A stretch of DNA of 64,000 nt from Planctomycetota bacterium (lineage in GTDB: Bacteria; Planctomycetota; Phycisphaerae; Phycisphaerales; SM1A02). Made by a program: the position numbers and the translations under genes. The notes beneath the pieces were generated by a model. That model saw nothing but the letters and a program-made list of their open reading frames with translations, was not told the origin of the DNA and made no database searches. The stretch is taken from assembly GCA_041183345.1 (NCBI GenBank), contig JBEGLX010000001.1:19274-83273 (forward strand), in the 5' to 3' direction. Shown here one piece after another: positions 35,913-44,751 of the stretch (its first letter is position 1; every line of letters starts with the position of its first letter).

Positions 35913-36671
35913 TCAGCGGCGGCGGCGGGTGATGAAGCCGGCGAGCAGGAGGAGCGCGATCGCGCCCGGCGCGGGAACGGTCGTGTACTCGATGATCAGC
36001 GTGGGGCCGATGCCTCCGAGCGCGCTGCCCTCGGAGCTGTCGAAGCGGCGCGCGCCGCCGAGCAAGGACTCGTCGCCGAGGATGAACCAGCCGAAGTTCG
36101 CGTTGGGATCCGAGGCGAAGGAGGTGACGTCGGCGAGGAGCTGGTCGCTCGTGAAGGTGTAGAGGCCGAGCGAGGAGGTCAGGACGCTGGCGCTCGCGCT
36201 CGCGGTGAAGTCGCCACCGGCCACGCTCCATGCCATGCCCGAGCCTGCGCCGTCGGCGCTCGAGAAGAGCCAGGTGGCATCGCCCGCAAGCGCGGTCGTT
36301 CCGCTGCCTTCGGGGTCGTCGGGGTTTGAGGCGCCGGTCGACCAGTCGGTGGTCGCGCGATGCAGTGAGACGAGGCTTGGTCCACCCGACCCCTGCGACA
36401 TGTTCAGTTGCAGGCGGACGGCAGTGATGGTCGCGCCGGTCGGAAGCATCCCGGCGACGTCGAAGTGGACGAGGCTGCGCCGCGCCCGGTTCTGGTTGTT
36501 CTTGCCCGCGAAGAGGTAGCGGCCCGCTCCGTTGCCGAGCGAGCCATCGAAACTCTCGTAGATGGCTGCGTCACGCGTGGCGGACAGCGACACGAGGTCC
36601 GCGTGGACCCGTGCGCCCGTTCCTGCCATCACTGCGACGGCGATGACTGCGATTCCCGATACCCTGCCCAT
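35913..36671 (-). CDS. PEP-CTERM-anchored secreted protein, possibly with a DNRLRE-type domain
   Basis: 252 aa from the ATG at 36671. Signal peptide. C-terminus VPAPGAIALLLLAGFITRRRR is a PEP-CTERM sorting signal. N-terminal ATRDAAIYE...GAGRYLFAG...RSLVHFD...GATITAVRLQL resembles the DNRLRE pattern. Confidence 0.7.
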   Translation of the reverse strand: MGRVSGIAVIAVAVMAGTGARVHADLVSLSATRDAAIYESFDGSLGNGAGRYLFAGKNNQNRARRSLVHFDVAGMLPTGATITAVRLQLNMSQGSGGPSLVSLHRATTDWSTGASNPDDPEGSGTTALAGDATWLFSSADGAGSGMAWSVAGGDFTASASASVLTSSLGLYTFTSDQLLADVTSFASDPNANFGWFILGDESLLGGARRFDSSEGSALGGIGPTLIIEYTTVPAPGAIALLLLAGFITRRRR

Positions 36672-36737
36672 GGACCAGCCTCCCGCCCACAGGCTGCCTG
36701 CGGGAGCGCCGGTCGCAAGTCCAGTGCTGGAGAAGTG

Positions 36738-37352
36738 ATGCAAAAACTGACTGTCGCCACATCGAACCCGCACAAGGTCGAGGAGATCTCCGCCGTTCTC
36801 GGACAGATCGGGATCGCCTGCGTGCCCATGCCGGCGGCGGGAATCCCTGAGCCCGAGGAGGACGGCGCGACCTTCGAGGCGAACGCGCGCATCAAGGCGA
36901 TCGCCTACGCGAAGGCGCTTGGCGTGACGGTTTTGGCGGATGACTCGGGGCTCGAGGTGGATGCGCTCGGAGGCGCGCCGGGCGTGCACAGCGCGCGCTA
37001 CGCGGGCGCTGGCGCGAGTCGGGCGGAGCGCGACGCGGCCAACAACGCGAAGCTGCTGCGCGAACTTGCGGGAGTGCCGCATGCGCGGCGCACGGCGCGG
37101 TTCGTGTGCGTGCTGTGCATGGCTCGGCCGGATGGCTCGATCGTCGCCGAGGCGCGCGGGCACTTCGAGGGGTGGATCGGCGAGGCGCCGCGAGGATCGA
37201 ACGGGTTTGGCTACGACCCGCTGCTGGTGCTGACGGATGGACGGACAAGCGCGGAGCTGACGCCCGAGGAGAAGAACGCGCGGAGCCACCGCGGCAATGC
37301 GCTGCGTACGCTCGCTCGCTTTCTCGCGCCACAGACGATGCACGAGTCCTAG
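36738..37352 (+). CDS. rdgB: Non-canonical purine NTP pyrophosphatase (RdgB/HAM1 family)
   Basis: From the ATG at 36738: MQKLTVATSNPHKVEEI...DDSGLEVDALGGAPGVHSARY...GFGYDPL...SHRGNAL. The upstream part of ORF 36408..37352 overlaps the PEP-CTERM gene. Confidence 0.88.
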   Translation: MQKLTVATSNPHKVEEISAVLGQIGIACVPMPAAGIPEPEEDGATFEANARIKAIAYAKALGVTVLADDSGLEVDALGGAPGVHSARYAGAGASRAERDAANNAKLLRELAGVPHARRTARFVCVLCMARPDGSIVAEARGHFEGWIGEAPRGSNGFGYDPLLVLTDGRTSAELTPEEKNARSHRGNALRTLARFLAPQTMHES

Positions 37353-37376
37353 CGCGCCCGAGCACTGCGGCGCGCA

Positions 37377-37566
37377 AGCACCAAAGCGAGCAAGTTGCGA
37401 AGCAGGTTGCGAGCGCTCGCTTTGCACTCGAGCACCAAAGCGAGCAAGTTGCGAAGCAGGTTGCGAGCGCTCGCTTTGCACTCGAGCACCGAAGCGAGCA
37501 AGTTGCGAAGCAGGTTGCGAGCGCTCAAGCACGCGAAGCAGGTTGCGAGCGCTCAAGCACGAGCGC
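37377..37566. repeat. Tandem array of a 54-bp unit carrying the 12-bp palindrome GCGAGCGCTCGC (2 perfect copies, 1 truncated copy, then decayed sub-repeats)
   Basis: The unit AGCACCAAAGCGAGCAAGTTGCGAAGCAGGTTGCGAGCGCTCGCTTTGCACTCG is identical at 37377-37430 and 37431-37484. A third copy at 37485-37526 has 1 mismatch. GCGAAGCAGGTTGCGAGCGCTCAAGCAC is repeated again up to 37560. Within a unit, CAAAGCGAGC pairs with GCTCGCTTTG. Confidence 0.9.
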
Positions 37567-38829
37567 TCAAACACTCGCGCGGGTGATGCGTCGAAGCCCA
37601 TCGTCGAGCCGGAAGTACTCGAGCCTCAGTCGTTCGCCGACCGAGCCGAGCCACGGCGCGCGTCCTGCGTGGCGATCGATGCGGCCAAGCGCGTCGCGCA
37701 CGTCTTCCAGCATCGCCGCAGCGTGCCCGCGCTTCGCAGCCAGCGCGCGCGCAAGCCATGCCGCACAGGCGATGTTGAGCACGAGCGCCTGCAGCCCGCG
37801 CACGGCAGGCCAGCCGTAGTAGCCCGCGCCCCAGCCTCTGTTCCCGAGCAGGGTCGCGCGCGCGTAGCGCGAGAGCAGTTGATCGATGGCGTCGCGGTCC
37901 GGGCTTTCCGTGAGCGGCGGGATCGCCGAGATCGCCGCAAAGTCGACGCCTTCGATGAGCCCGCGCGCGACCGCTGGCACCTTGCCCTTGCCGCTCGTGA
38001 ACGCGCGGCTGGCGAAGAGCTGCGCGAGCACCGTGCGCCAGCGTCCCTTCGCCTTCGCTTGATTCACCTGCACGTCTTCCAATCGTGCATACACCGCCTG
38101 GCGCAGCAACCGCAGCTGCTTGGGCAGCGCCGGCTCGAGCGGCAGATGCTCGAGTTCGTCGGGGAGCGCCGTCACCAGCACGGCGACGAGCTCTGCGAAG
38201 CGGCTCGCGCGCACCTCGGCAAGCTTCGCGCGTCCGAGGCTGGCTGCGACCCACGCCAGCCCGTCGAAGCGGTCGCGCATGACCACGTCCTCGCGGGCAA
38301 GGAAGCGATCGAGCGTCATGCGCAGGGCGTCGAGCTCGCCTTCCTTCGCACTGAGCGCGTCGGAGAGCATCGCGCTGTAGGTCGCGGCGCGCGTCTCTGG
38401 CACGCTGCGGCTCATGCGGTCGACCTCGCGCAGGTGCGTGCGCAGCTCGGCACCCTTGTTCTCGCGCACGCTCTGGCACGCGAACGAGATTCCGACGTGC
38501 GTGCGCACGTCATCGGGGACAAGCACGAACGGGAACATCTGGCACGCGATCGGCTTCTCCTCGAAGCCATGGTCCTTGTGGATGCGGCAGAGCCCGTCGT
38601 CCATGAGGAAGATGCAGGCGCCATCCTCGCGCTGGCGCAGGAACGTCGTTCCACGGAACTCGGTCGTCACCGGCATGCCGAGCTTCTCTTCCCACTGCTG
38701 CGCGCGCAGCTTGGCGAGGTCGGCCTCGCGCAACTGCACCGTGAAGTCGCGGCAGCAATTGCCACAGCCATGGCAGCTGTAGCGCTGCGTGGTGACCGGC
38801 AGCATGAGGATGGGAAGCGAGACGCTCAC
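37567..38829 (-). CDS. YkgJ-family cysteine-cluster (CxxCxxCC) protein with a long helical C-terminal extension
   Basis: 420 aa. The GTG at 38829 overlaps the upstream stop (GTGA). N-terminus YSCHGCGNCCRDF...GACIFL...GLCRIH...ACQMFPF. Confidence 0.7.
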   Translation of the reverse strand: MSVSLPILMLPVTTQRYSCHGCGNCCRDFTVQLREADLAKLRAQQWEEKLGMPVTTEFRGTTFLRQREDGACIFLMDDGLCRIHKDHGFEEKPIACQMFPFVLVPDDVRTHVGISFACQSVRENKGAELRTHLREVDRMSRSVPETRAATYSAMLSDALSAKEGELDALRMTLDRFLAREDVVMRDRFDGLAWVAASLGRAKLAEVRASRFAELVAVLVTALPDELEHLPLEPALPKQLRLLRQAVYARLEDVQVNQAKAKGRWRTVLAQLFASRAFTSGKGKVPAVARGLIEGVDFAAISAIPPLTESPDRDAIDQLLSRYARATLLGNRGWGAGYYGWPAVRGLQALVLNIACAAWLARALAAKRGHAAAMLEDVRDALGRIDRHAGRAPWLGSVGERLRLEYFRLDDGLRRITRASV

Positions 38830-39800
38830 TGGTCAGAGGGTACGCGCTTCAGCGCGCGCAGGCACCAGATGGCGCCGAGGACGCCGAGCGGAATGGTGAG
38901 GATGGCCTCGCCTGCGCTCTCGAGGAGCGCCATCTGCGATGTGAGCGACTCGAGCTCCTCAGGCGATGCGCCGCCGCCGAGGACAATCGGCGCCACGAGG
39001 GCGACGAGCGCCTCGCGCCAGCCGATGCGACCGAGCGGGTTTCCCGCCCCGAGGATCGCGACTGCAGCAAGGAGCGCCGCCTGCGCCGGCCCGATCTCGA
39101 GTCCGATGATCCTCGCCGCAGCCCACATGCGCAGCGCCCACATCGCGAGGTCGACGGTGCGGAATGCGAGGCTCTCGGCGAGCGCGCGCGGGCTGGAGAG
39201 CACGCGCTCGCCGCCCTTCAGGAAGCGCTTGAGCAGCGCGTTTCTCCCGACCCAGAGCGTGAGCCCCGAGCCGAGCACCAGGCACGCGCCGTAGATCGCG
39301 AACCAAAGCCAGTCGAGCGCGGGAGCGCTGCGCCCGAGCGGAAGCTGCAGCAGCCCGGCCGCGAGCGCCGAGCCGAGGGCGCCGAGCGTGACGATGGCGA
39401 CGCCTGCGATCCATGCGCCGATGTCGGTCGCGCCCATGCGGTCGACGCGCCAGTGGAACGCGCAGCGGAGCGCGAGCCCGAGCCGCACGGGGGCGTAGTT
39501 GAAGAGCGACGCCATGAGGTTGACGGCCTGCATCTCGAGCGCGCTGAAGCGGCGAAGCGGGCGCGCCATGGCGAGGAAGGTGTAGCCTGAGCAGATGATC
39601 GAGACGAGCGTGGCGACGAGCAGGGTCGCCACCAGTGCGGGGTCCGCCTCGCGCAGCTTCGCGAGCCCGTCGCCACCCGTCGAGAATGCACGCTGCGCGC
39701 ACCAGGCGACGAGCAGGCAGCCAACCGCGAAGCCGACGACCTGCACGGCGATGCGCGCCCTGCTCGGTCGCGGCGGGGGCTGCTGCGCCGGGTCGCTCAT
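38826..39800 (-). CDS. Polytopic membrane protein, flippase-like / lysyl-PG-synthase TM-region (UPF0104) type (tentative)
   Basis: 324 aa starting MSDPAQQPPPRPSRARIAVQVVGFAVG..., about 8 predicted TM helices. Its ATG overlaps the GT2 stop (ATGA). The start follows the ORF-track frame; my hand count of the printed sequence was 1 nt off here. Confidence 0.6.
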   Translation of the reverse strand: MSDPAQQPPPRPSRARIAVQVVGFAVGCLLVAWCAQRAFSTGGDGLAKLREADPALVATLLVATLVSIICSGYTFLAMARPLRRFSALEMQAVNLMASLFNYAPVRLGLALRCAFHWRVDRMGATDIGAWIAGVAIVTLGALGSALAAGLLQLPLGRSAPALDWLWFAIYGACLVLGSGLTLWVGRNALLKRFLKGGERVLSSPRALAESLAFRTVDLAMWALRMWAAARIIGLEIGPAQAALLAAVAILGAGNPLGRIGWREALVALVAPIVLGGGASPEELESLTSQMALLESAGEAILTIPLGVLGAIWCLRALKRVPSDQ

Positions 39801-40537
39801 GCGCGCGCCGCCATTCGCCGCGACCTGCGCCGCTCGCGCCAGAGGACGACGAAGACGCGCAGCCCGTCCTTCATGCGGATCTTCTTGCCTTCCTCGAACG
39901 AGCGGGGGCTGTACGAGCAGGGGGCCTCGGCGACGCGCAGGCGGTGGCGCGCGCAGGCGGCGACGATCTGCGGCTCGATGCCGAAGCGCTCCTCGTCGAG
40001 CTCGCCAAGGATCGTGCGCAGCGCCGGCACGGTGAAGAGCTTGAGGCAGCACTCCATGTCGCTCACGCGCAGCCCGGTCATGAGGTTGCTCGAGAGCGTG
40101 AGGAAGCCGTTGAGCAAGCGGTGAGCGAGCCGCTTGAGCCCCTTCGGCGGCACCGCCCAGCGGTTCCCAAGGACGACGTCGGCCTCGCCGCGCAGGACGG
40201 GCGCGAGCAGGCCAGCGAAGTCGGCAGGGTCGTATTCGAGGTCCGCATCCTGGATGATGACGGCGTCTCGATCGCCTGCAAGCGAGAGCGCATGCGCGAA
40301 TCCAGTGCGGATGGCAGCGCCCTTGCCCCGGTTCTTCGGGTGAAAAAGCGTGATCGCAGCTCCCTCCGCGCCGAGCGCGCGCACCGCGTCGGGCGTCGAG
40401 TCGCTTGATCCGTCGTCGACGAGCACGATCCGCGTGGACCATCTCGCACCGACGTCCGCCGCGCGCACCCGAGCCACCGACGCTCGCAGCGTGACGGGCT
40501 CGTTGTACACGGGCATGACGACGAAGAGCGTCGGCAT
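39797..40537 (-). CDS. Family 2 glycosyltransferase (polyprenyl-phosphate sugar synthase-like)
   Basis: 246 aa: FVVMPVYNE...VLVDDGSSDST...IIQDADLEYDP. This is the DPM1/GtrB-type pattern. Confidence 0.8.
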   Translation of the reverse strand: MPTLFVVMPVYNEPVTLRASVARVRAADVGARWSTRIVLVDDGSSDSTPDAVRALGAEGAAITLFHPKNRGKGAAIRTGFAHALSLAGDRDAVIIQDADLEYDPADFAGLLAPVLRGEADVVLGNRWAVPPKGLKRLAHRLLNGFLTLSSNLMTGLRVSDMECCLKLFTVPALRTILGELDEERFGIEPQIVAACARHRLRVAEAPCSYSPRSFEEGKKIRMKDGLRVFVVLWRERRRSRRMAARA

Positions 40538-40543
40538 GCGCGA

Positions 40544-41575
40544 TTACGCCTGGGCGGGACCGCCGCCGATGGCGCTACGCATCTGCGTGTCGGCCTGCAT
40601 GTTCTGCATGCGGTAGTAGTCCATCAGCCCGAGCTTGCCGCTGCGCAGGCTCTCTGCGATCGCCTTGGGGACCTCGCTCTCGGCGAGCACGACGAGCGCG
40701 CGGTTCTTCTGCGCCTCGGCCTGGTACTCGGCCTCCTGCGCGACGGCGAGCGCGCGCCGCTGCTCGGCCTGCGCCTGGAAGCGCTTGGTGTCGGCCTCGG
40801 CCTGGGTGGCCTGCAGCTGCGCGCCGATGTTCTCGCCGACGTCGATGTCGGCGATGTCGATCGAGAGGATCTCGAAGGCCGTGCCCGAATCGAGGCCCTT
40901 CGCGAGCACCGTCTTCGAGATGCGGTCGGGATTCTCGAGCACGCTCTTGTGGTCCTCTGCGGAGCCGATCGTCGACACGATGCCTTCGCCGACGCGGGCG
41001 ATGATGGTCTCCTCTGTGGCGCCGCCGACGAGCCGCGAGATCGCGGTGCGCACGGTCACGCGCGCCTTGGCGCGGAGCTGGATGCCATCCTTCGCGACGG
41101 CATCGATGGTTGACTTGCCGGACTGCACGCTCGGGACGTCGATGACCTTCGGATTCACGGAGGTCTGCACGGCGTCGAGGATGTCGCGGCCCGCGAGGTC
41201 GATCGCCGTCGCGCGGTTCCAGGGAAGCTCGATGCCGGCCTTGTCGGCCGCGATCATGGCGGCGACCACGCGGCTGATGTTGCCGCGGGCGAGGTAGTGC
41301 GCTTCCATGAGGTCGGTCGGGATGTCGAGGCCCGCCTTCTTGGCGGAGATGCGGTTGAGCACGACGACCTCGGGCGGCACCTTGCGGAGGCGCATCATGA
41401 TGAGGTCGAGCATGGCGACCTTCGCGTCGCTGAAGAGCGCCTGCACGTACAGCTTCAGGACGCCGAGCATCACGAAGAAGATGAACAGGCCGATGAGGCC
41501 GACGATGCCGAGGATGATGTAGAGGACGACATCCCCGGCGCCGATGGATGTGGCTTGTGCGATGAGAGCGTTCAT
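40544..41575 (-). CDS. floA: Flotillin-like protein FloA (UPF0365/YqfA family)
   Basis: 343 aa. N-terminal TM hairpin, then [26 protein letters not shown]...[29 protein letters not shown]...AIDLAGRD, closely following the FloA pattern. Confidence 0.85.
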   Translation of the reverse strand: MNALIAQATSIGAGDVVLYIILGIVGLIGLFIFFVMLGVLKLYVQALFSDAKVAMLDLIMMRLRKVPPEVVVLNRISAKKAGLDIPTDLMEAHYLARGNISRVVAAMIAADKAGIELPWNRATAIDLAGRDILDAVQTSVNPKVIDVPSVQSGKSTIDAVAKDGIQLRAKARVTVRTAISRLVGGATEETIIARVGEGIVSTIGSAEDHKSVLENPDRISKTVLAKGLDSGTAFEILSIDIADIDVGENIGAQLQATQAEADTKRFQAQAEQRRALAVAQEAEYQAEAQKNRALVVLAESEVPKAIAESLRSGKLGLMDYYRMQNMQADTQMRSAIGGGPAQA

Positions 41576-41605
41576 GTGTCTTCCTCCGAAAGCAGCGTCA
41601 GGGTA

Positions 41606-42121
41606 TCACGCTTGCGCGCGGCGCGGACGGACGCGGACAAGCCCCTCGCGCACGGAAACGACCTCGATCGGCGTGCCTGCATCGATCAGGTCGCCTTCGG
41701 CGGTCGCGTCGAGGCGGCGGCCGTCAATGCGGACGAATCCAGCGGGGCGGAGCGGCGTGATCGCCTCGCCCGTCGCGCCCACGGCGGGAAGCACGACGGC
41801 GGTGTCGGGGATTCCCGAACCCGCGCGCGACGGATCCTCGGCGGAGAGCACCATGCGGCGCCCCATCGGCGACTTCGCCGCCATGCGCAGTCCGAAGACG
41901 AGCATGAACGGAGCGGCGACCGAATAGAGCGCGAGCAGCGACATGCCTAGCGTGGGGTGGTGCATGAACCCGAGCACGACCGAGGAGATCGCTGAGAGCA
42001 CGCAGAGCACCGCGAGTAGCCCGCCCGTGGGGAGGAAGAGCTCGAGCACGAAGATGCCGAACGCGCCTGCGCCAAGCAGGATCGATGCGATCAAGGCTCC
42101 TGACGATTCCTCGCCGCTCAT
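41606..42121 (-). CDS. NfeD-family membrane protein (TM region plus C-terminal OB fold)
   Basis: 171 aa. Three to four TM helices, then GEAITPLRPAGFVRIDGRRLDATAEGDLIDAGTPIEVVSV (NfeD OB-fold pattern). Its ATG overlaps the upstream stop (ATGA). Confidence 0.75.
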   Translation of the reverse strand: MSGEESSGALIASILLGAGAFGIFVLELFLPTGGLLAVLCVLSAISSVVLGFMHHPTLGMSLLALYSVAAPFMLVFGLRMAAKSPMGRRMVLSAEDPSRAGSGIPDTAVVLPAVGATGEAITPLRPAGFVRIDGRRLDATAEGDLIDAGTPIEVVSVREGLVRVRPRRAQA

Positions 42122-43728
42122 GCGCGTGCCGCTCCTTCGCTTCCGGGGCCGTCGGTGCCGGTCGCTTCGACGACCAGCGTCGAGCCTGAACGGCCTACGA
42201 CGACGATGCCTTCGCCGCGATGGATGTAGCTGCCCGTCGATTGCGCGTCGAAGATCTCGTCGCCGAATCGTGCGCGACCGGATGGACGCAGATCGCTGTC
42301 GGCGACGCCGCGCTCGCCGACCGATGGCTGCTTGGGTTCTCCGCGCGGCGGCGGGCTATTCGGATCGGCGACCGCTGCGGAGAGCACCGCGCGCTTGAAG
42401 ACCCATGTGTCGCGGAACCAGCGCGATGCGAACCAGGTCAGGATCGCGCCGAGCACGATGCCGGAGATCGTGGTGGTGGTCGCAGTCAGGAGAGCGGATC
42501 GCTCGGTGGCGCTGGTCGGGTCGGTTCCGGTGAAGCTCGCGACGAGACCGACGAGGACGCAGAGCGCACCGGCGAGCCCCGCGATGATCGTGCCGGGCAT
42601 GAGCAGGATCTCGACGCCGATCAGCGCGATTCCAGCCAGAACGAGCAGGATTTCCCACCACTCTGCGAGTCCGAGCAGGCCGGGCGCGCCGACGAGCAGG
42701 AGCAGCGCTCCCGCGGCGATGCCGCCCGCGAGCCCGATTCCAGGGTGCAGCGCCTCGAAGATGAGGGCGACGATGAAGATTCCGATCAGGACGATGCGGA
42801 CGGGCCACGAGACGAGGAACCGCACCAGCGATTCCGTCCAGCTCTCCGGGAAGCGCGTGACCCTATCGGCAAGGAAGAACCCCTTGAGTGCGTCGTCGTC
42901 GCGCACTTCTGCGGCGGCGAGCCCCCAGCGGAGCGCCTCGTCGGATTGCACGACGAGCAGTCGGTCCGCCGTATCCACGATCTCGACGAGCGTCCATGCG
43001 CCTCGGTCGGCGTCGGTCAGGGCGATGTCGACCGCGGGATGGGCACCGTCACCGGACTTGGGCTTCGCCGGCCGGGCATCCGCGTCGAGCCCCAGCGACT
43101 CGAGCTCGCGGCGATCGGCGAAGCGCCGAGCGCCGTCGCTCGTTCGCTCGATCAGCCAGAGCTCGCGGTCGACGGCGACGAACGCCTCGAGCAGCCGCGG
43201 GTCGTCGCCGCGCTTCGTCGCCGAAGCCTCGAGTTCATCGAGGAGAGGAGATTCCTGCTTCGCGCGCTCTGCAGCGGGCAGCGGCATGATGCCCACGCCA
43301 GGCACCGCCGCGATCGGCGCTGCGTCGCCGAAGACCGAGCCTGGCGCAACCACGATCTCGCGGCAGGCGAGGGCGATGAAGGTGCCGGCGCTGTAGGCCT
43401 TCGGCTTGATCCAGGCGACGGTGTTCGCGGGCGCATCGCTCTTGATGCGCAGGCAGATGTCGAGCATGGCGCCGACCTCGCCGCCCGGGGTATCGATCTC
43501 GAGGACGACGGCGTCGAATCCCGCCTCGCGCGCGGCCTTCAGTCGACGCTCGAGCGACCACAGGGTGACGTCGTCGATCGCGCCGGTGATGGGTATCACG
43601 GCGACTCGCGACGCCTTTCGCTCTCCGGGGATCGCACCCTGCGGCCCAGGCGTGCGCGATCCGGCGGCGAGCAGCGCCGCCGCGAGGAGGCAGAGGATGA
43701 CGGTCCAGGTTGGCCGACCCGTTCGCAT
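42118..43728 (-). CDS. NfeD-family membrane-bound ClpP-class serine protease
   Basis: N-terminal ClpP-like domain (VAVIPITGAIDD...EIDTPGGEVGAM...AYSAGTFIALAC), a TM block and a C-terminal OB fold (GVADSDLRPSGRARFGDEIFDAQSTGSYIHRGEGIVVV). The start could be the ATG at 43728 or the GTG at 43779. Confidence 0.8.
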   Translation of the reverse strand: MRTGRPTWTVILCLLAAALLAAGSRTPGPQGAIPGERKASRVAVIPITGAIDDVTLWSLERRLKAAREAGFDAVVLEIDTPGGEVGAMLDICLRIKSDAPANTVAWIKPKAYSAGTFIALACREIVVAPGSVFGDAAPIAAVPGVGIMPLPAAERAKQESPLLDELEASATKRGDDPRLLEAFVAVDRELWLIERTSDGARRFADRRELESLGLDADARPAKPKSGDGAHPAVDIALTDADRGAWTLVEIVDTADRLLVVQSDEALRWGLAAAEVRDDDALKGFFLADRVTRFPESWTESLVRFLVSWPVRIVLIGIFIVALIFEALHPGIGLAGGIAAGALLLLVGAPGLLGLAEWWEILLVLAGIALIGVEILLMPGTIIAGLAGALCVLVGLVASFTGTDPTSATERSALLTATTTTISGIVLGAILTWFASRWFRDTWVFKRAVLSAAVADPNSPPPRGEPKQPSVGERGVADSDLRPSGRARFGDEIFDAQSTGSYIHRGEGIVVVGRSGSTLVVEATGTDGPGSEGAARA

Positions 43729-43828
43729 GGGCGCATGGTACGCGGTCAATCCAGTCGAAAAAGACCGCCGCCGGCGCACAGGGCGCCGGCGGCGGATTCA
43801 TGCTGTGTTGCAGCCATCAGGCTGGCAA

Positions 43829-44686
43829 TCAGTCCCACACGATCTGGTAGGTCGTGTTGGCTGCGCTGCCGGTGACCTGGCGGATGACGGTCAGCCAGGT
43901 GTCGCTGGTCGCCGCCTCGGGGTCATCCTTGAAGATGTTGTCATCGACGAGCGGATTGGTGTTGCCGAACTGGCTGATGCCGTCGGGCTGGAACTTGTTC
44001 TCGAAGGCGACGTGGTTGTCGTTGAAGCAGACGTTGCCTTCCCACTGCTTGTCGCCGCCGTGGATCTGCAGGGTCTTCGAGTTGTTGTACTGCGGGCCAA
44101 GGCTGCCGTCCTGAACGCCACGGTTGCCGAGCACGACGAACCGCGAGTTGTACGTGTCCTTCCACTCCTTCGACTTGCGGGTGCCCGCGAGGTGAAGGGT
44201 GCCGTAGCTGACGTTGCAGATCGCGCTGAGGTCCGACTTGAAGTTCGGATCCCAGTAGAGGTCGTCGGCGGCGGTGACGTTGTACGCGTCGAAGTTGTAG
44301 TTCGCGTAGGCGATGACGTTCGTGCTGACTTCAGCCGGGCTGATGAGCACGCTGGTGTCGAAGGCGTGCTGCATGATGCACGCGGAGTACATCTTGCCGT
44401 GGTCGTTCATCAGCAGGTCCTCGGCGCCGCGGCCGGGGTTGTTGCCGACGCGGTCGATGAGACCGGGGGTCGGGAACACGCCGTTGAAGTCGCGGGCGAG
44501 GGTGAGGAAACCCTTGTGGGTCTGCTGAACCTGCGTCGAGTCCTTCACGCGCTTGGCGGTGGCGCGGGCCTTGCCGAGCGCGGGGAGGAGGATCGCGAGG
44601 AGGAGGGCGATGATGCCCATGACGACCAGAAGCTCGATGAGGGTGAAGCCCTTCCTCGAGGCGGTCTTGTTGCTGGAGATCTTCAT
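43829..44686 (-). CDS. Prepilin-type N-terminal methylation-domain protein, DUF1559-like
   Basis: MKISSNKTASRKG/FTLIELLVVMGIIALLLAILLPALGKAR... C-terminal WEGNVCFNDNHVAF. Confidence 0.8.
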   Translation of the reverse strand: MKISSNKTASRKGFTLIELLVVMGIIALLLAILLPALGKARATAKRVKDSTQVQQTHKGFLTLARDFNGVFPTPGLIDRVGNNPGRGAEDLLMNDHGKMYSACIMQHAFDTSVLISPAEVSTNVIAYANYNFDAYNVTAADDLYWDPNFKSDLSAICNVSYGTLHLAGTRKSKEWKDTYNSRFVVLGNRGVQDGSLGPQYNNSKTLQIHGGDKQWEGNVCFNDNHVAFENKFQPDGISQFGNTNPLVDDNIFKDDPEAATSDTWLTVIRQVTGSAANTTYQIVWD

Positions 44687-44751
44687 GAGTGTTTTTCTCC
44701 GTGAACTGGAGGAATGATCAAGTCAGTGGTTGGAATGGTTGACGACGCGAA

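Noticed and set aside
37377-37566. Possible CRISPR array
   Set aside because: The repeats are directly abutting 54-bp units with no unique spacers, there are only about 3.5 copies, and no cas genes are in the window. This is a tandem repeat, not a CRISPR array.
37297-39294. 665-aa plus-strand ORF translating the tandem repeat as PKRASCEAGCERSLCTRA x3
   Set aside because: The repeated peptide is a by-product of the DNA repeat. The remainder is antisense to the YkgJ-like and flippase-like genes.
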